A stretch of 64,000 bases of DNA from a virus. Position numbers and translations under genes: made by a program. Of the stretch, positions 38,192-48,937 are shown piece after piece; positions within the stretch are counted from its first letter, which is position 1, and each line of letters opens with the position of its first letter. The notes beneath the pieces are model-generated. The model did not search any database. It was not told the origin of the DNA and saw nothing but the letters and a program-made list of their open reading frames with translations. The stretch lies in IMG/VR virus record IMGVR_UViG_3300024259_000012; one strand, given 5' to 3'.

Positions 38192-39169
38192 TTAGGAATG
38201 CGTATTTAATTTTAGCCCTCCCCCTCGCATGAGGTCACTTTGTTGCTTTGTAGTCTCGGCGTTCGGTTCTTGAACCTCTCCCTCTCGGCTTATGGTATCA
38301 ATATCTTTTACATAATGCTCTTTCATTTCACGCTTTGAGTCCAATGTCCAAATGTAAAATTCTTCAGTTTGTCTAACATAGCCAACAACTGCTTTTCTTG
38401 GCAGTTCGGGCTTGCGTTGATATTGTGCGTATGTTTCTTTAGTTGGTGCAACCAGATTGAATCCACACACCCTATTGTATTCTTTTGCGAGCAACTTACC
38501 CATCGCTTCCACTTCTTCGGATACTTGCCAGACAACTTGAATTGGCATAGCCATTGAACCACTTACATTTGCCCACATTCTATATAATGCATTTGTTTCT
38601 GCACCGCATAATAAACAGTGAACATTATTTGTGAGGTATGCTAATTCTACCAAGTTTGGATTTCCTGTGGCGTAGCCGTCAAGCGTTTCCATAACAGATG
38701 GAACGTCCCATGGACGCAGTTTGGTTTGGAATTTAGGGTCTTCCATGGCGAGCGTCAAGATATCCTTGCGCCTAACAAAAGGTGATGGAAATTGTGCTCT
38801 ATCAACTACGGTTCCCCACAGTTCATTGTCTACCAATTTCACAAGATAATCTTTGTCCACGCTTGGCTTGAAGTGTGGATACACATTTTCATTCTGCTGG
38901 AAGTTCCGCATGAGTTGAAAATAGCGTGTAAGCTCGTTTGACTTGTAGTAATATCCTTCAATTGGATATGTCTCAAGTCTCGGACTTCCCGCTCTAACCC
39001 AAATACGTTCTGCCTTTGGAAGCAGTTCATTTGCTTCAAAGGTCATCATTTCACCACGAATCAGATTGTCCATCATGTAAAAATAATCATCGTTATTGAT
39101 GACTATGGTTTCACCATAAAATGTGGTGTTACTGTCAAAGTCAACTATATTATTTAGCACCGTGTCCAT
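38192..39169 (-). CDS. Hypothetical protein
   Basis: Long ORF; no motif recognised with confidence. Confidence 0.6.
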   Translation of the reverse strand: MDTVLNNIVDFDSNTTFYGETIVINNDDYFYMMDNLIRGEMMTFEANELLPKAERIWVRAGSPRLETYPIEGYYYKSNELTRYFQLMRNFQQNENVYPHFKPSVDKDYLVKLVDNELWGTVVDRAQFPSPFVRRKDILTLAMEDPKFQTKLRPWDVPSVMETLDGYATGNPNLVELAYLTNNVHCLLCGAETNALYRMWANVSGSMAMPIQVVWQVSEEVEAMGKLLAKEYNRVCGFNLVAPTKETYAQYQRKPELPRKAVVGYVRQTEEFYIWTLDSKREMKEHYVKDIDTISREGEVQEPNAETTKQQSDLMRGGGLKLNTHS

Positions 39170-40043
39170 TTTCAATCTCCTCAATTTTCTCTTTTATAAA
39201 ATCTTTGACATTTCTATGCGGCTTCCAACCGTATCCATTGAACTCACCATCTGAAAGCGTGTCTGCCATCTCACCCTTGGGGCGGCTAACAAATTTAAAA
39301 GTTGCATCTGGGAACAGACTTGCAAGCTCATTCAATGAATGATTTTCACCTCTACCCAATTCAACCGGCGAATACATGCTACATAATTCATCATTATCAA
39401 CTGCTGTGAATAGCCAATCAACAATATCATCAACATGAGTATAATCCCTACGTTGGGCGCCGTCCCCCGTGATTGTCAATGGCAACCCTTGCTCGTATCT
39501 ATCCAACCAAATTCCAAGCACCGTTCCAAATTCAGTGTCGCCAACCATGTGGTCACCATATACATTGTAAAATCTAACTGACACAGCGTTGACATCATAT
39601 AGCGTATAATACATTCTACACAACTGCTCTCCAATTGCCTTGGATGTGGTGTATGGATTTGCATACATGTTGCCCGTCGTTGACGATGAGCTTGAAAATA
39701 TGACCGTTGCGCCGGTTGATTTAGCATATTCCAATATATTGATAGTTGAATCTATATTATTTTTCAAAAACAGTTTCGGATTCTTCAATGAAGGTTGAAT
39801 TCTTGGAAGTGCCGCCAAGTGAAATATCACATCAGGCTTCTCCATGAAATATGTATAATCCTGCACCGTTGTAAGGTCTGCATTGTAGTATTTAACATTC
39901 TTGTGGTCAATTTCATTTGACCTCGTGCCTGTACTGAGATTATCTATCCCAACTACGGTTCATCCAAATTCAACCAATTGCTTGATTAGATTGTATCCAA
40001 TGAATCCATTTGACCCCGTGACTATACATTTTTTATTTTTCAT
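39150..40043 (-). CDS. NAD-dependent epimerase/dehydratase with 1 in-frame TGA
   Basis: VTGSNGFIG Rossmann motif lies upstream of the TGA at 39960 (G[W]TVVGIDNLSTG); HLAA, YxxSK, RFYNVYG, GDG.Q.RDYTHVDD. Confidence 0.9.
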
Positions 40044-40809
40044 TCAATATTACTCCCATGTTCTCTAAATCTTCCTTAAACAAAATCCGCAGTTTCAAGT
40101 CGGGATTTGATTTTCTAATAGCCTTAAATTTGTCCTCTTGCAAACTCCAATGGTATGCATTCTTTACATCCACATATGTATCCTCATCAATTAAATAGAA
40201 ATCTGGATAATATGAATGCTCTTCACCATCAATCACATATGGGATTCTACCACGATGACATTTGAATTTTACATCATTCTCATCCAAATGCTGTATGTAT
40301 GCACGTTCCCAAGTTCCTTGAGCTTTTACTGTGGTGCCGTCTTTCAATATGCAATCGTATCATTTGCAGCGTCCAACTTGAACTCCATCCATCTTGCCGT
40401 CCGCTCATGCCTTTTTAGTCATATCAATATGTCTTTGCATGAACTCGGGGTCTTTGAATAATTCTTTGCGGGTGGCACTTGCTTTAGCTCTCGCTTCTGG
40501 TGATTTCATGCCGTTCTTGTCACCAATATTCACAACACCCTTTGACGTTTCACTTATCTTTTTACTATGCTCTAACCACATTTCATGGGCTTTCTCAGCC
40601 CCGTGCTCTTCGGCTCATATACTTTCAACATTTTTACCAAACATACCACTTTGTTCTCCCGAGCGACCATACATTTTTGCTCGCTGTTCTTTAGTCATTT
40701 TAGCATTGTTAGCACGTTTGGTTTTGCCCAATTTACGGTTTCGCTCTGCCCACATTTCGTTTGCTTTTTCTTCGCCGTATTTCTCAATCCATATTTTCAA
40801 CACATTCAT
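40033..40809 (-). CDS. Homing endonuclease-like protein (NUMOD3-like repeats plus PD-(D/E)xK domain) with 3 in-frame TGA
   Basis: YYPDFY...YVDVK; QGTWE; TGA at 40615, 40405, 40360; internal repeat KIWIEKYGEEKANEMW versus SI[TGA]AEEHGAEKAHEMW. Confidence 0.8.
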
Positions 40810-40856
40810 AATCTTTCTCCTATTTAAGCTATGGTAGTAACTGTTTCCCATCCATA

Positions 40857-40867
40857 TATAAATAGCA
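40857..40867 (-). promoter_or_regulatory. Candidate phage late-promoter motif TGCTATTTATA
   Basis: Identical copies at 44488 and 46008; variants at 32098 and 20655; all intergenic and upstream of minus-strand genes. Confidence 0.55.
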
Positions 40868-40873
40868 CGAAAG

Positions 40874-41802
40874 TTAATTTTCGTCTTGAGTTATTACACG
40901 ACCTTTTAGTTGTTCCCAGTCTTTTTCGGGCCTAACTTCAAGATTCTTTTCCCATGTAGCGTCAAGCATTGTGGTGGTCACTCCAAGCTCCTTTGCTAAG
41001 AATTTTATTGAGTTCAAATCTTTTGGCAGGCATGAAAGCCCGAAACCCAATTTACCATCAGGCCCAGGGACAGAATAGTGTGACTGCCCAATTCGTTTAT
41101 CATACATAACATACGAAACCATTTCATCATAATCAACCCCTAATTTATCACAAATCTGTTTCATTTCATTAAAAAATGATACCTTCGTAGCAAGAAATGT
41201 ATTGGCTACATATTTGACCATTTCTGCAGTGGTTGAATCGGTTAGTAAATACTGAGTCAACTTACTTTCATCTATATTATGATAACCCGTTAAATTCTCA
41301 GCATCAGTAAATATTTTACTATACATATCCTTGACCATTCTACATGCATCAGCATCTCCACCCAAGACAATTCTATCCTGATTCTTAAATTCCTCAATGA
41401 AATTTGCCTCTGTCAAAAATTCAGGGTTGAACACTACCGATAAATTCGGGCTTGTGATTTTATTGTTAATCCACTCCGTAAAGCCAGGAGTGATGGTGCT
41501 TTTGATGACAATCACCTTTCTGCTTTCCAAGTTTAGCATATCCAAAGCGATGATAACGGATTCAACGATTGATGTATTACAGCTACCGTCCTTATTCATT
41601 GGTGTATTCACCGCTATGAAAATAATGTCCGACTTTTCATACACCGTTTGATTGCTACCACATGAAAAATGCTTACTATCGCCGCTCCACGCATTGGCAA
41701 CGTGATTTAAGTCCGACGTATAAATTTCGTACTGCCCATTAAGCCCTCTCGGAGTGCGGTTCCTACGAACCCCATACCTATAACTCCAATTCTATATGTC
41801 AT
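40874..41802 (-). CDS. ugd: UDP-glucose/GDP-mannose dehydrogenase (1-nt frameshift near 41740)
   Basis: IGVIGMGFVG, FIAVNTP, KSTITPG, NPEFL, AEMVKY..N.FLATKVSFFNE, GFG.SCLPKD. Confidence 0.85.
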
Positions 41803-42346
41803 TTTGCTCTTCAAAAGTTTGTGCGTACACATTTTTAATTGCATCTATGCCTCGCATTGTAATTGCACGGGTTCCCACGCCTGCGAAGTCGGTGGTCAGT
41901 TTTGGTGCGACCCAATGCATCATAAATTTATCATGACTCCACATATACCATAGGCAATGCTCCTGTTCAAATAAAAATACCGGCTTCAACTCATCAATTG
42001 CCATTTGAACTGTCCATCCGGTGCCACCGTCTACCATTGACTCGTTTACTAATTTTCCAACTGCATATACTGCGGTGGCGTTTTTGACTTGAAACCAATT
42101 CCGACTCAGTAGATTTTTCTCGTATGGCATCACAAGACTATCCACCCCACGCTTCAGCGTTTCGTCTGCCTTTTTAACGTGTTCCCACCCTTCAGTCAGT
42201 TCCGACATGGTAAGTAATTTTTGATTTTCTCCCTCTTGAACATGATTGTAAAACGAGTATGAAATTGATTCAACTCCGTGCTTATTTCCTTCGGTTTCCC
42301 AAGTCATATCTGCTCCTGGGCAACCACCTGAGTGATTTGTATACAT
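41792..42346 (-). CDS. SLOG-like hypothetical protein
   Basis: HSGGCPGAD, RNWFQV, GGTGWTVQMA, FAGVGTR. Confidence 0.6.
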   Translation of the reverse strand: MYTNHSGGCPGADMTWETEGNKHGVESISYSFYNHVQEGENQKLLTMSELTEGWEHVKKADETLKRGVDSLVMPYEKNLLSRNWFQVKNATAVYAVGKLVNESMVDGGTGWTVQMAIDELKPVFLFEQEHCLWYMWSHDKFMMHWVAPKLTTDFAGVGTRAITMRGIDAIKNVYAQTFEEQNDI

Positions 42347-42828
42347 TAGAATTCTAACCTAAACATGATATCAACAATCAAACGGGGTAAAGATGGTAAA
42401 GGCCAAATGTTTTGCTGAAGACATTTGAACTCAATATATTTCATATTGGGCGCATCCTTTGGATATCCAAGCATAATTTTACTTGGGTCTTTTGCTAACC
42501 AATATCCGAACTCAATATTGGTAGTGAATGCGGGCATCTTCTCCAACTCTCGTGGAACCCAAAACATGACAACATCAGCCTTCTCCATGGCGTCCCGCTC
42601 CCAATCAATTTGGTCTGAATAATCAACCCCAGCTTTCCATCCTGTGCGTGGCTCTGGAATGAACAAGTCACCTTCAAATTCCATAGTTTCAAACAACTCT
42701 ATTGCTTTAGGTCTCCAACCCTCTGAATTATCTCGGGGTGTTGGACCTGCTAAAAATACGGATGGTCCATGGACATCTTCTATGATTTCCCCTGCATATA
42801 TTACTTCTAAATTACGTGTTACATTCAT
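42346..42828 (-). CDS. Nucleoside 2-deoxyribosyltransferase-like protein
   Basis: SVFLAGPTPR, WR, QIDWE, FWVPR, TTNIEFG. Confidence 0.8.
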   Translation of the reverse strand: MNVTRNLEVIYAGEIIEDVHGPSVFLAGPTPRDNSEGWRPKAIELFETMEFEGDLFIPEPRTGWKAGVDYSDQIDWERDAMEKADVVMFWVPRELEKMPAFTTNIEFGYWLAKDPSKIMLGYPKDAPNMKYIEFKCLQQNIWPLPSLPRLIVDIMFRLEF

Positions 42829-42829
42829 T

Positions 42830-43087
42830 TTATTGTTCCTCCAAAACATGGTATATAAACAGCGGCGTGTGTTCACCAACATACGCCCCAGATACATTGA
42901 ACTCAAAGTATTCAATGGCTTCGTCGTAGCTCATTTTATCTCTCTCCATTAAAACCCCAACACACCATCCTGCGTCGTAAACTACTCGCTCGCTTTGAGG
43001 GTCATACCCAAGTATGGCGTCGTCAAATCCATCGGCTTGTAAAACTGTACAGTCTGGGAATCTCTCGGTGATATTATCTACTTTCAT
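42830..43087 (-). CDS. Conserved phage protein
   Basis: DGFDDAILG...VVYD...EAIEYFEFNV.GAYVGE.TP. Confidence 0.75.
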   Translation of the reverse strand: MKVDNITERFPDCTVLQADGFDDAILGYDPQSERVVYDAGWCVGVLMERDKMSYDEAIEYFEFNVSGAYVGEHTPLFIYHVLEEQ

Positions 43088-43551
43088 TATGACACCGACG
43101 CATATCGTAATATTATTGCACGCCGTGGCTCAAATGTCGTTGGGTTGTATACAAGCGGTGAGCCGTGCGCTTCTAAAAAGAATAGAAATTTGACGTTGTG
43201 CTTTTTCATATGTTGTTTGACCTCGTTTACCAAATCATCTCCATTAAACGAGGGTGTCCAACTCGGACGCACAAGTGTTTTCATTTTCTTGGTTGCTATG
43301 GCGTAGCTCTTCCCACCCAATTTGGGCGTTGTCGTATGTACCCGTTTGTATGCTATCCCATGCTTATCAAATAAAGAAAGTACATTCTCTGTCATGTCAT
43401 ACTCAAGACCAAAATTATATTCCATGGCATCTTCAAGCTTGTTGTCGTCCACGGCTCTCATAATTTGATGGTCAATCATACCTTTTGAAATCAATCCGAC
43501 TGGTGCCAAAGCCACGCCGCCAAATATTTTTAATAAGTCTCTACGTTTCAC
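43087..43551 (-). CDS. Hypothetical protein with twin-arginine-like N-terminus
   Basis: KRRDLLK followed by a hydrophobic stretch. Confidence 0.5.
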   Translation of the reverse strand: MKRRDLLKIFGGVALAPVGLISKGMIDHQIMRAVDDNKLEDAMEYNFGLEYDMTENVLSLFDKHGIAYKRVHTTTPKLGGKSYAIATKKMKTLVRPSWTPSFNGDDLVNEVKQHMKKHNVKFLFFLEAHGSPLVYNPTTFEPRRAIILRYASVS

Positions 43552-43553
43552 AA

Positions 43554-44120
43554 TTATACCTTCTTTAAATCCCAAATTTTGTTGAGAATATTATAGATTA
43601 GTTCCACCTGTTCATCTGTAAATTGCCACCTAACATTGACATTCATATCAGCCCAATCCTGTGGGCGTGAACTCAATTCCTCTGACATTGCCATCCAATC
43701 AGCACACATTTCTGCAATGTATACATCAGGCATAGCTGTTGCGTTTACCATTGTGTCGGGGATAGCATCTCGGTTATCTCGGTTGAACATGGACGGGTTG
43801 TAATCGGGGTCTCACTTCTCGGGGTGGTGACCGTTGTGTAAAATGTGATGCTCTGTAGCACCATTCATTTTGTCCTTCATAATCTGTGGCATATCAAATG
43901 GAACACCGTCTCGCTTACACTTATAGTCTCAGGTTATGAAAATATATGGAATGCGCTCGGGGTCTTCAAATTTAGATTGGTCATGCTTCTTAACAATTTT
44001 CCGTAGCTCTTGGAACTCGGGAAAGAAATCAGTTATTAAATATGCATACTTCTGCACCCGTTTGATGTGTGTATTTGTGCGCTCTTTGTACCACGCATTC
44101 ATGTCATTTGCTAATGTCAT
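43554..44120 (-). CDS. HD-like (DUF5662-type) protein with 2 in-frame TGA
   Basis: HDQSKF...HHPEK[W]D...EMCADWMA; TGA at 43929 and 43812 joins two track ORFs in frame. Confidence 0.8.
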
Positions 44121-44525
44121 TTATTTCTCCTTATAAAAATTTCCGATGAATGAAACCTTATCATGGTCGGTGTTCATACCATAAATCATAACCACAACAT
44201 CCGTTAAATCGTTAACGTCGTACAACCTATCAACCTCTGATAATATATCAAGAGCAACAGATTTATATAGTTTTTTAGGGTCTACGTTTTCAACTTCCCA
44301 CGCAAAATTTAGATGCGCTCGGCCTCTATATATCTCACCGTGCGCCACCTGTTTGCAATAATTAAAACCATAGTCATTCCAACCCAAATGATATAGTAGC
44401 TCACGAGTGTGATATTCATCGGGTGCGTTTGAATAGCCGTCAGCTTGTCCTTGTGGGTATCGCTTCATATTATAACCTTTTCTTTTATATAAATAGCAGG
44501 CAGAAAGCCCAAATGCAATTTTATT

Positions 44526-45773
44526 TTATCGCAGTTCCCCACTCTTATCAACTTCAATCAACCAATCTTCATAGTGACCCATACCTCGTATATCAATGTT
44601 GAATATGTCCAAATCAAATTCACCTACATCGCCGCTGTCCTGTATGATTTCGGCTAACTTGGATATATAATTGATGTTGGATTGAGTGAGCTTGGTTGCA
44701 TCAAATGTAACCACTATTTCATTTGGAACATATTCTGGCAGTGCGCCGGTATGTATCCGCTTGCTCAAATCATACAGCGTATTTGGCTGTTCAATCTTAA
44801 GGTATTCATCAACTATACTTGGGTCAATGTCTGGTAAATATAAGCTCTCACACCATGGCTCAAGTGATACCATAATTTCCTTACTACAATTATTGATGAC
44901 AAATGCAATATCATATTTTGGAGTGATTATTGGGTGACCATATTCATTTTGGTTGACCATAACTCCATATTTTCTGATAAAATTGCGGGTGCTTCGTAGG
45001 TTCTGAGTCAACCATTCGTCAGTTTCACGACCCGCCATAAACACATCGCCATTTGGATTTCGTTTAGCACCGTCCGCCATTCTGCTTCCACGACATGTGA
45101 GGTGGTACACGTACCCCTCCCATGTTTGAATGAAGTTACCACCATTGAGCATAAATCTATTCCAGCAATCATCGTCCTCTTTGCTTTGGGGTGCGAAAAG
45201 TGGGTCATGTCCGCCAATATCTCTAAAATCTGATATATAACATATCCACGGGGCAAACACACTTTCAGTCGTTTTGCCTTTATGTTCTACTTTCAATTGC
45301 TCAACGTATTTATCAAAATCGGATGCCACGAACTCATTCGGCTCAATTCCGTAATCTTTAATGATTTTTTTGAGGGGTTCTTCAAAATGTAGAGGTGGTT
45401 CTATACGTGTAGCGGACACCATAACCTTTGGTGCCAAATGTTTTAGCATTGCAACATCCATACCTTTTGCCGCCCACATATCAGCGTGGAATATACACAT
45501 TATATCATTGGTCGCATATTCAAGTGCAAGGACATCATATAAAATGGTGTGGCCCTGGCGTTCTGGTCCTTCATTTCTATGTAGTTTGACACGGGCATCA
45601 TTTTTCTGGATGTCAAGCATCCATTCCCACGTTCCATCGGTAGATGCGTCGTCCGCCATGCAAATTTCATGGATGGGGTCTAAGTTTTCTCTAATAGATT
45701 TATATGCATTTTTTAAATATTTCAAATTTGTCCTGCTGGGTATGATAAATGATATTGGTTGTATTTTATCCAT
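44526..45773 (-). CDS. GT2 glycosyltransferase
   Basis: ISFIIP, DDASTDGT, HADM, GGHDP.F...EDDD, VYHLTCRG. Confidence 0.85.
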   Translation of the reverse strand: MDKIQPISFIIPSRTNLKYLKNAYKSIRENLDPIHEICMADDASTDGTWEWMLDIQKNDARVKLHRNEGPERQGHTILYDVLALEYATNDIMCIFHADMWAAKGMDVAMLKHLAPKVMVSATRIEPPLHFEEPLKKIIKDYGIEPNEFVASDFDKYVEQLKVEHKGKTTESVFAPWICYISDFRDIGGHDPLFAPQSKEDDDCWNRFMLNGGNFIQTWEGYVYHLTCRGSRMADGAKRNPNGDVFMAGRETDEWLTQNLRSTRNFIRKYGVMVNQNEYGHPIITPKYDIAFVINNCSKEIMVSLEPWCESLYLPDIDPSIVDEYLKIEQPNTLYDLSKRIHTGALPEYVPNEIVVTFDATKLTQSNINYISKLAEIIQDSGDVGEFDLDIFNIDIRGMGHYEDWLIEVDKSGELR

Positions 45774-45850
45774 TACGTTTTCCTTTTTTAATATTTTCAA
45801 TTGCTGGGATAAATTTACAGCGTGGATTATCCGTCGGGTTCGGGCATTCT

Positions 45851-45991
45851 CTACTCCACATTTTTCTTATCCTTGTAATACCGTTCCATGCGTTTGCGAT
45901 TTAACTCATCCTTATTCTTGTCATAAAATCGCTTCTGTCGCTTGCGATTGGTCTCCCGCTTTTCTTCATCTGTTTTCTTTTTTCTACCCAT
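45851..45991 (-). CDS. Small basic protein (not in ORF track)
   Basis: MGRKKK...RMERYY behind the late motif and RBS. Confidence 0.6.
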   Translation of the reverse strand: MGRKKKTDEEKRETNRKRQKRFYDKNKDELNRKRMERYYKDKKNVE

Positions 45992-46543
45992 TTGTCTCTC
46001 CCTTTACTATAAATAGCACGTTAGGGAAAAGGCGTTAGGGATTATAAAAAATCATCACATATTTCAGCAAAATCTTCAGAAATATCATCAAAATTGTGTG
46101 TTTTAAAAAACATATATTCGGTCATCCAATCTTCGTCTGAATCTTTTAGTTTCCATTTATTTTTCTTTAATCTCACCAAGGCAACATCATTAACTACCGC
46201 CATACCTGTACCATATGGGGTCACACCAAATCCCTTATAGACCAAGCGTATCATATCGTTAATTCTGGCTGACTGAGCGGCATACGCATCGTATACGCCC
46301 CAATCCGAGTCAGGCCGTGGGTCAATAACTGGATTTAATCGCTCTTGTTTTTTAATATCATCCAATTCTGCATATAATATAGATACGTTTTTACGAGTAA
46401 TTATTAACTTTGATGACTCTACCGGTTCCTCCGAAAGACCATTTGCAATCATGTCAACCTTCAAGGCACGTTTCACCATATCATACAAATTATCCATTGT
46501 TGTATTCTCCTATTAATTGCTGTACCATTGGATTTGAACTCCT

Positions 46544-47008
46544 TTATATAATATATTCCCATACCATATCAACCGATTCCTCAATTGTATGTTTTCCTGT
46601 ATCTATGTCCAAAAATTCTTCTGTTGGTGGCTCGTATCCATCCACAAAATAATGCTCACGACCTCTAATTTCATCAGTGTGTACATAAATTTCATAAAAG
46701 TCATCAGCCGATTTCTTTATAATCTCTCGGACTTCCTTGTACGGTGCCACAATAGACACCACAGGAACAAATCCCTTGAACTCTAAAAATCTACACAAGT
46801 TGATTGCACCTTCCATATTATTCTTGCGACCTTCCTTTGAATAATCTTTGTTGTTGAATAGCTCCCTCAATTCGTCTCCGTCCACATGAACAAATTTTCC
46901 AAGCTCGATTGTTAATTTTGTCAATTTCAATGACCGGCGACCGTTAACCAATTCTTTTGCTAATGTCGTCTTGCCCGATGCGGGCTGTCCTGTAAACCAT
47001 ACTATCAT
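46544..47008 (-). CDS. cysC: Adenylyl-sulfate (APS) kinase
   Basis: WFTGQPASGKTTLA, DGDELR, YSKEGR..N, YEPP. Confidence 0.85.
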   Translation of the reverse strand: MIVWFTGQPASGKTTLAKELVNGRRSLKLTKLTIELGKFVHVDGDELRELFNNKDYSKEGRKNNMEGAINLCRFLEFKGFVPVVSIVAPYKEVREIIKKSADDFYEIYVHTDEIRGREHYFVDGYEPPTEEFLDIDTGKHTIEESVDMVWEYII

Positions 47009-47322
47009 TATGCTTCCTCCAACATTGGAAATTGTTCAATCGTATCAAGCACTTCAATCTGCCCCTTAGCACGTTCCACTATATCATCCAAAACGCCAAT
47101 ACTATATGAAGTTGCAACACCATATCCAAGCTTGTGACATTGATAACAACTGCCACTGAATCCATTGAAATAATAGTACTCTTCATCTTGGGTGACGCTC
47201 TGTATTCCCGAGTTTAGTTTCCATCTGTCACCATCTAAATAACCACCCGCCCACGAACCGAAGACCTTATACTGATTATCTGGCAATTTAAGTAATACCC
47301 ACCTATCTGGAAATTCATTCAT
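47008..47322 (-). CDS. Conserved phage protein
   Basis: PDRWV..YKVFGSW.GGYLDGD.WKLNSGI...GFSGS.Y.C. Confidence 0.75.
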   Translation of the reverse strand: MNEFPDRWVLLKLPDNQYKVFGSWAGGYLDGDRWKLNSGIQSVTQDEEYYYFNGFSGSCYQCHKLGYGVATSYSIGVLDDIVERAKGQIEVLDTIEQFPMLEEA

Positions 47323-47324
47323 AT

Positions 47325-48254
47325 TTATAACCCTTCTATTGATTTGTCCCACTGCTTCAGAAATGCTTCCTCTGAATAGTGTAGTTCATACAAGTTGCGT
47401 GCCATCTTTGAGCAATCATTGTAGAAATGCTCATCGGTTTTCAATCTACGTGCTATTTCTTTGGCTTTGGCGATATCACCCACCTTAACACTTGTATATG
47501 GGTGCAGTCGCTGTGTATTCACATTGTCGTACCCAATGCATGGAATTCCCTGATACGCACAATTCAAGTTGAAGGTGCCTGCCGATGGCGTTCCCATTTG
47601 AATGCCATACTTGAACCCACCCAACAATTCTATCCATTCCGACCACCGCATCCATGGATGGTGCGTAATGTCCAACATGTCTTCCTCCGGCTTCATCCTG
47701 CCAGTTGTCAAAGCGTGCACCTCTGTGTCCAATTCTAAGGCCACCTGATATGAATCAAACCCACCATAAGCCTGTACCATGTTGCCGCCCATCATGACCC
47801 CTTTACGGACGCCTACGTGCGGTTTTACATAGTCTGTAATCATTAATGAGTGTAGCAGTTCAGTGCGTACACCGGTCAATCCTTCATAGTAAAGTCTATC
47901 AGAATCGTTGTGGGCGAATAAAACGTCCATCTCGGTCAATAGGTTGAAATACCAAATTTGTTCTGCTATCTCATTGTCTTGCCAATATGTACAGGTTCCC
48001 TCTTGCATGGCTCCAACCTTCTTACAAGCTCGCTTCATGTGTTCAAGGATTGGCCATTCCAAAAGGTAATCCTTTTGCTTTGGAATGATTATAATTCCGA
48101 TATCAAACGAATCGTCCGGAATCCCATCTATCACATTGAGTGGAATGTGGACAGCTTTAAGACTTGCAATTCATGCCAATTCCGTTCGCATGTTAACTTG
48201 TTCTCGTGGAATCATCCCCGTGTAACCAGCTTCTGAAAAGAATGCTATTTTCAT
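47325..48254 (-). CDS. GT-B-like glycosyltransferase with 1 in-frame TGA
   Basis: TAATG-coupled start MKIAFFSE; TGA at 48171 (NMRTELA[W]I); AGTF.LNCAY.GIPCIGY. Confidence 0.7.
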
Positions 48255-48880
48255 TATAAATATGCTCCTAATATTCTGAAGGATTCTATTGCGGTCAACC
48301 CTCGTTTTTGACATTGATAATCTATGTGAAATGCCATCAAGCTCATCTCATCAAAATAAAAATTTGGTATTTGAGATTTGAATAATTGTAGCAATTCAAA
48401 TTTGCGTGGCAAGTGTACAGCAACATCAACATACACGTTTGGCGTCCAAGTGCTCAATGTGCTTGGTGTCTTATATTCAATCACTGCTATTTTGGATTTA
48501 CGGGCGAGTGCCACCCCGACATTATAAATTTTCCGGTGTTCAACGTGTGAATCCAAATTTGGTGTAATCATGACACAATCGTATTCAATATCCTTTTTCT
48601 CAATTATGTTGATTAGCTCAGATTCCTTCCGGTGTTCAACCGTACTGTGATATGTGGTCAGCACATTGTGATACCTTGTATTTTTAACACGTACCAATAT
48701 ATCGGACAACTCATTTAATCTGTTGCCACCGCTGGTAGAATCAAAATCTCCGCCTGGACTCATACATATCATGTGGAACATGGTATCGCTGTGCTTGAGT
48801 ATTGTTCCAAGCATTCCATATTCTGCATCATCGGGATGTGCGCTCAGGCACAGTACATTATCGTATCCTAAAAATTTCAT
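48254..48880 (-). CDS. PIG-L/LmbE family deacetylase
   Basis: SAHPDDAE, DSH.EH, F.SQ. Confidence 0.85.
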   Translation of the reverse strand: MKFLGYDNVLCLSAHPDDAEYGMLGTILKHSDTMFHMICMSPGGDFDSTSGGNRLNELSDILVRVKNTRYHNVLTTYHSTVEHRKESELINIIEKKDIEYDCVMITPNLDSHVEHRKIYNVGVALARKSKIAVIEYKTPSTLSTWTPNVYVDVAVHLPRKFELLQLFKSQIPNFYFDEMSLMAFHIDYQCQKRGLTAIESFRILGAYL

Positions 48881-48937
48881 TATTTCAAGTCTCCATCTGA
48901 CATTCCAACAATATTCCAAGATATCCCATCCTTGACA

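Noticed and set aside
41644-41802. Programmed frameshifts (ugd ~41740; also ~7138, ~16355, ~21733)
   Set aside because: These are small indels, mostly in short homopolymers, with no slippery-site or stimulator structure. They are more likely sequencing errors and need a read check.
40857-46018. T4 late promoter TATAAATA on the plus strand
   Set aside because: All adjacent genes are on the minus strand, so the functional orientation is more plausibly the reverse complement.
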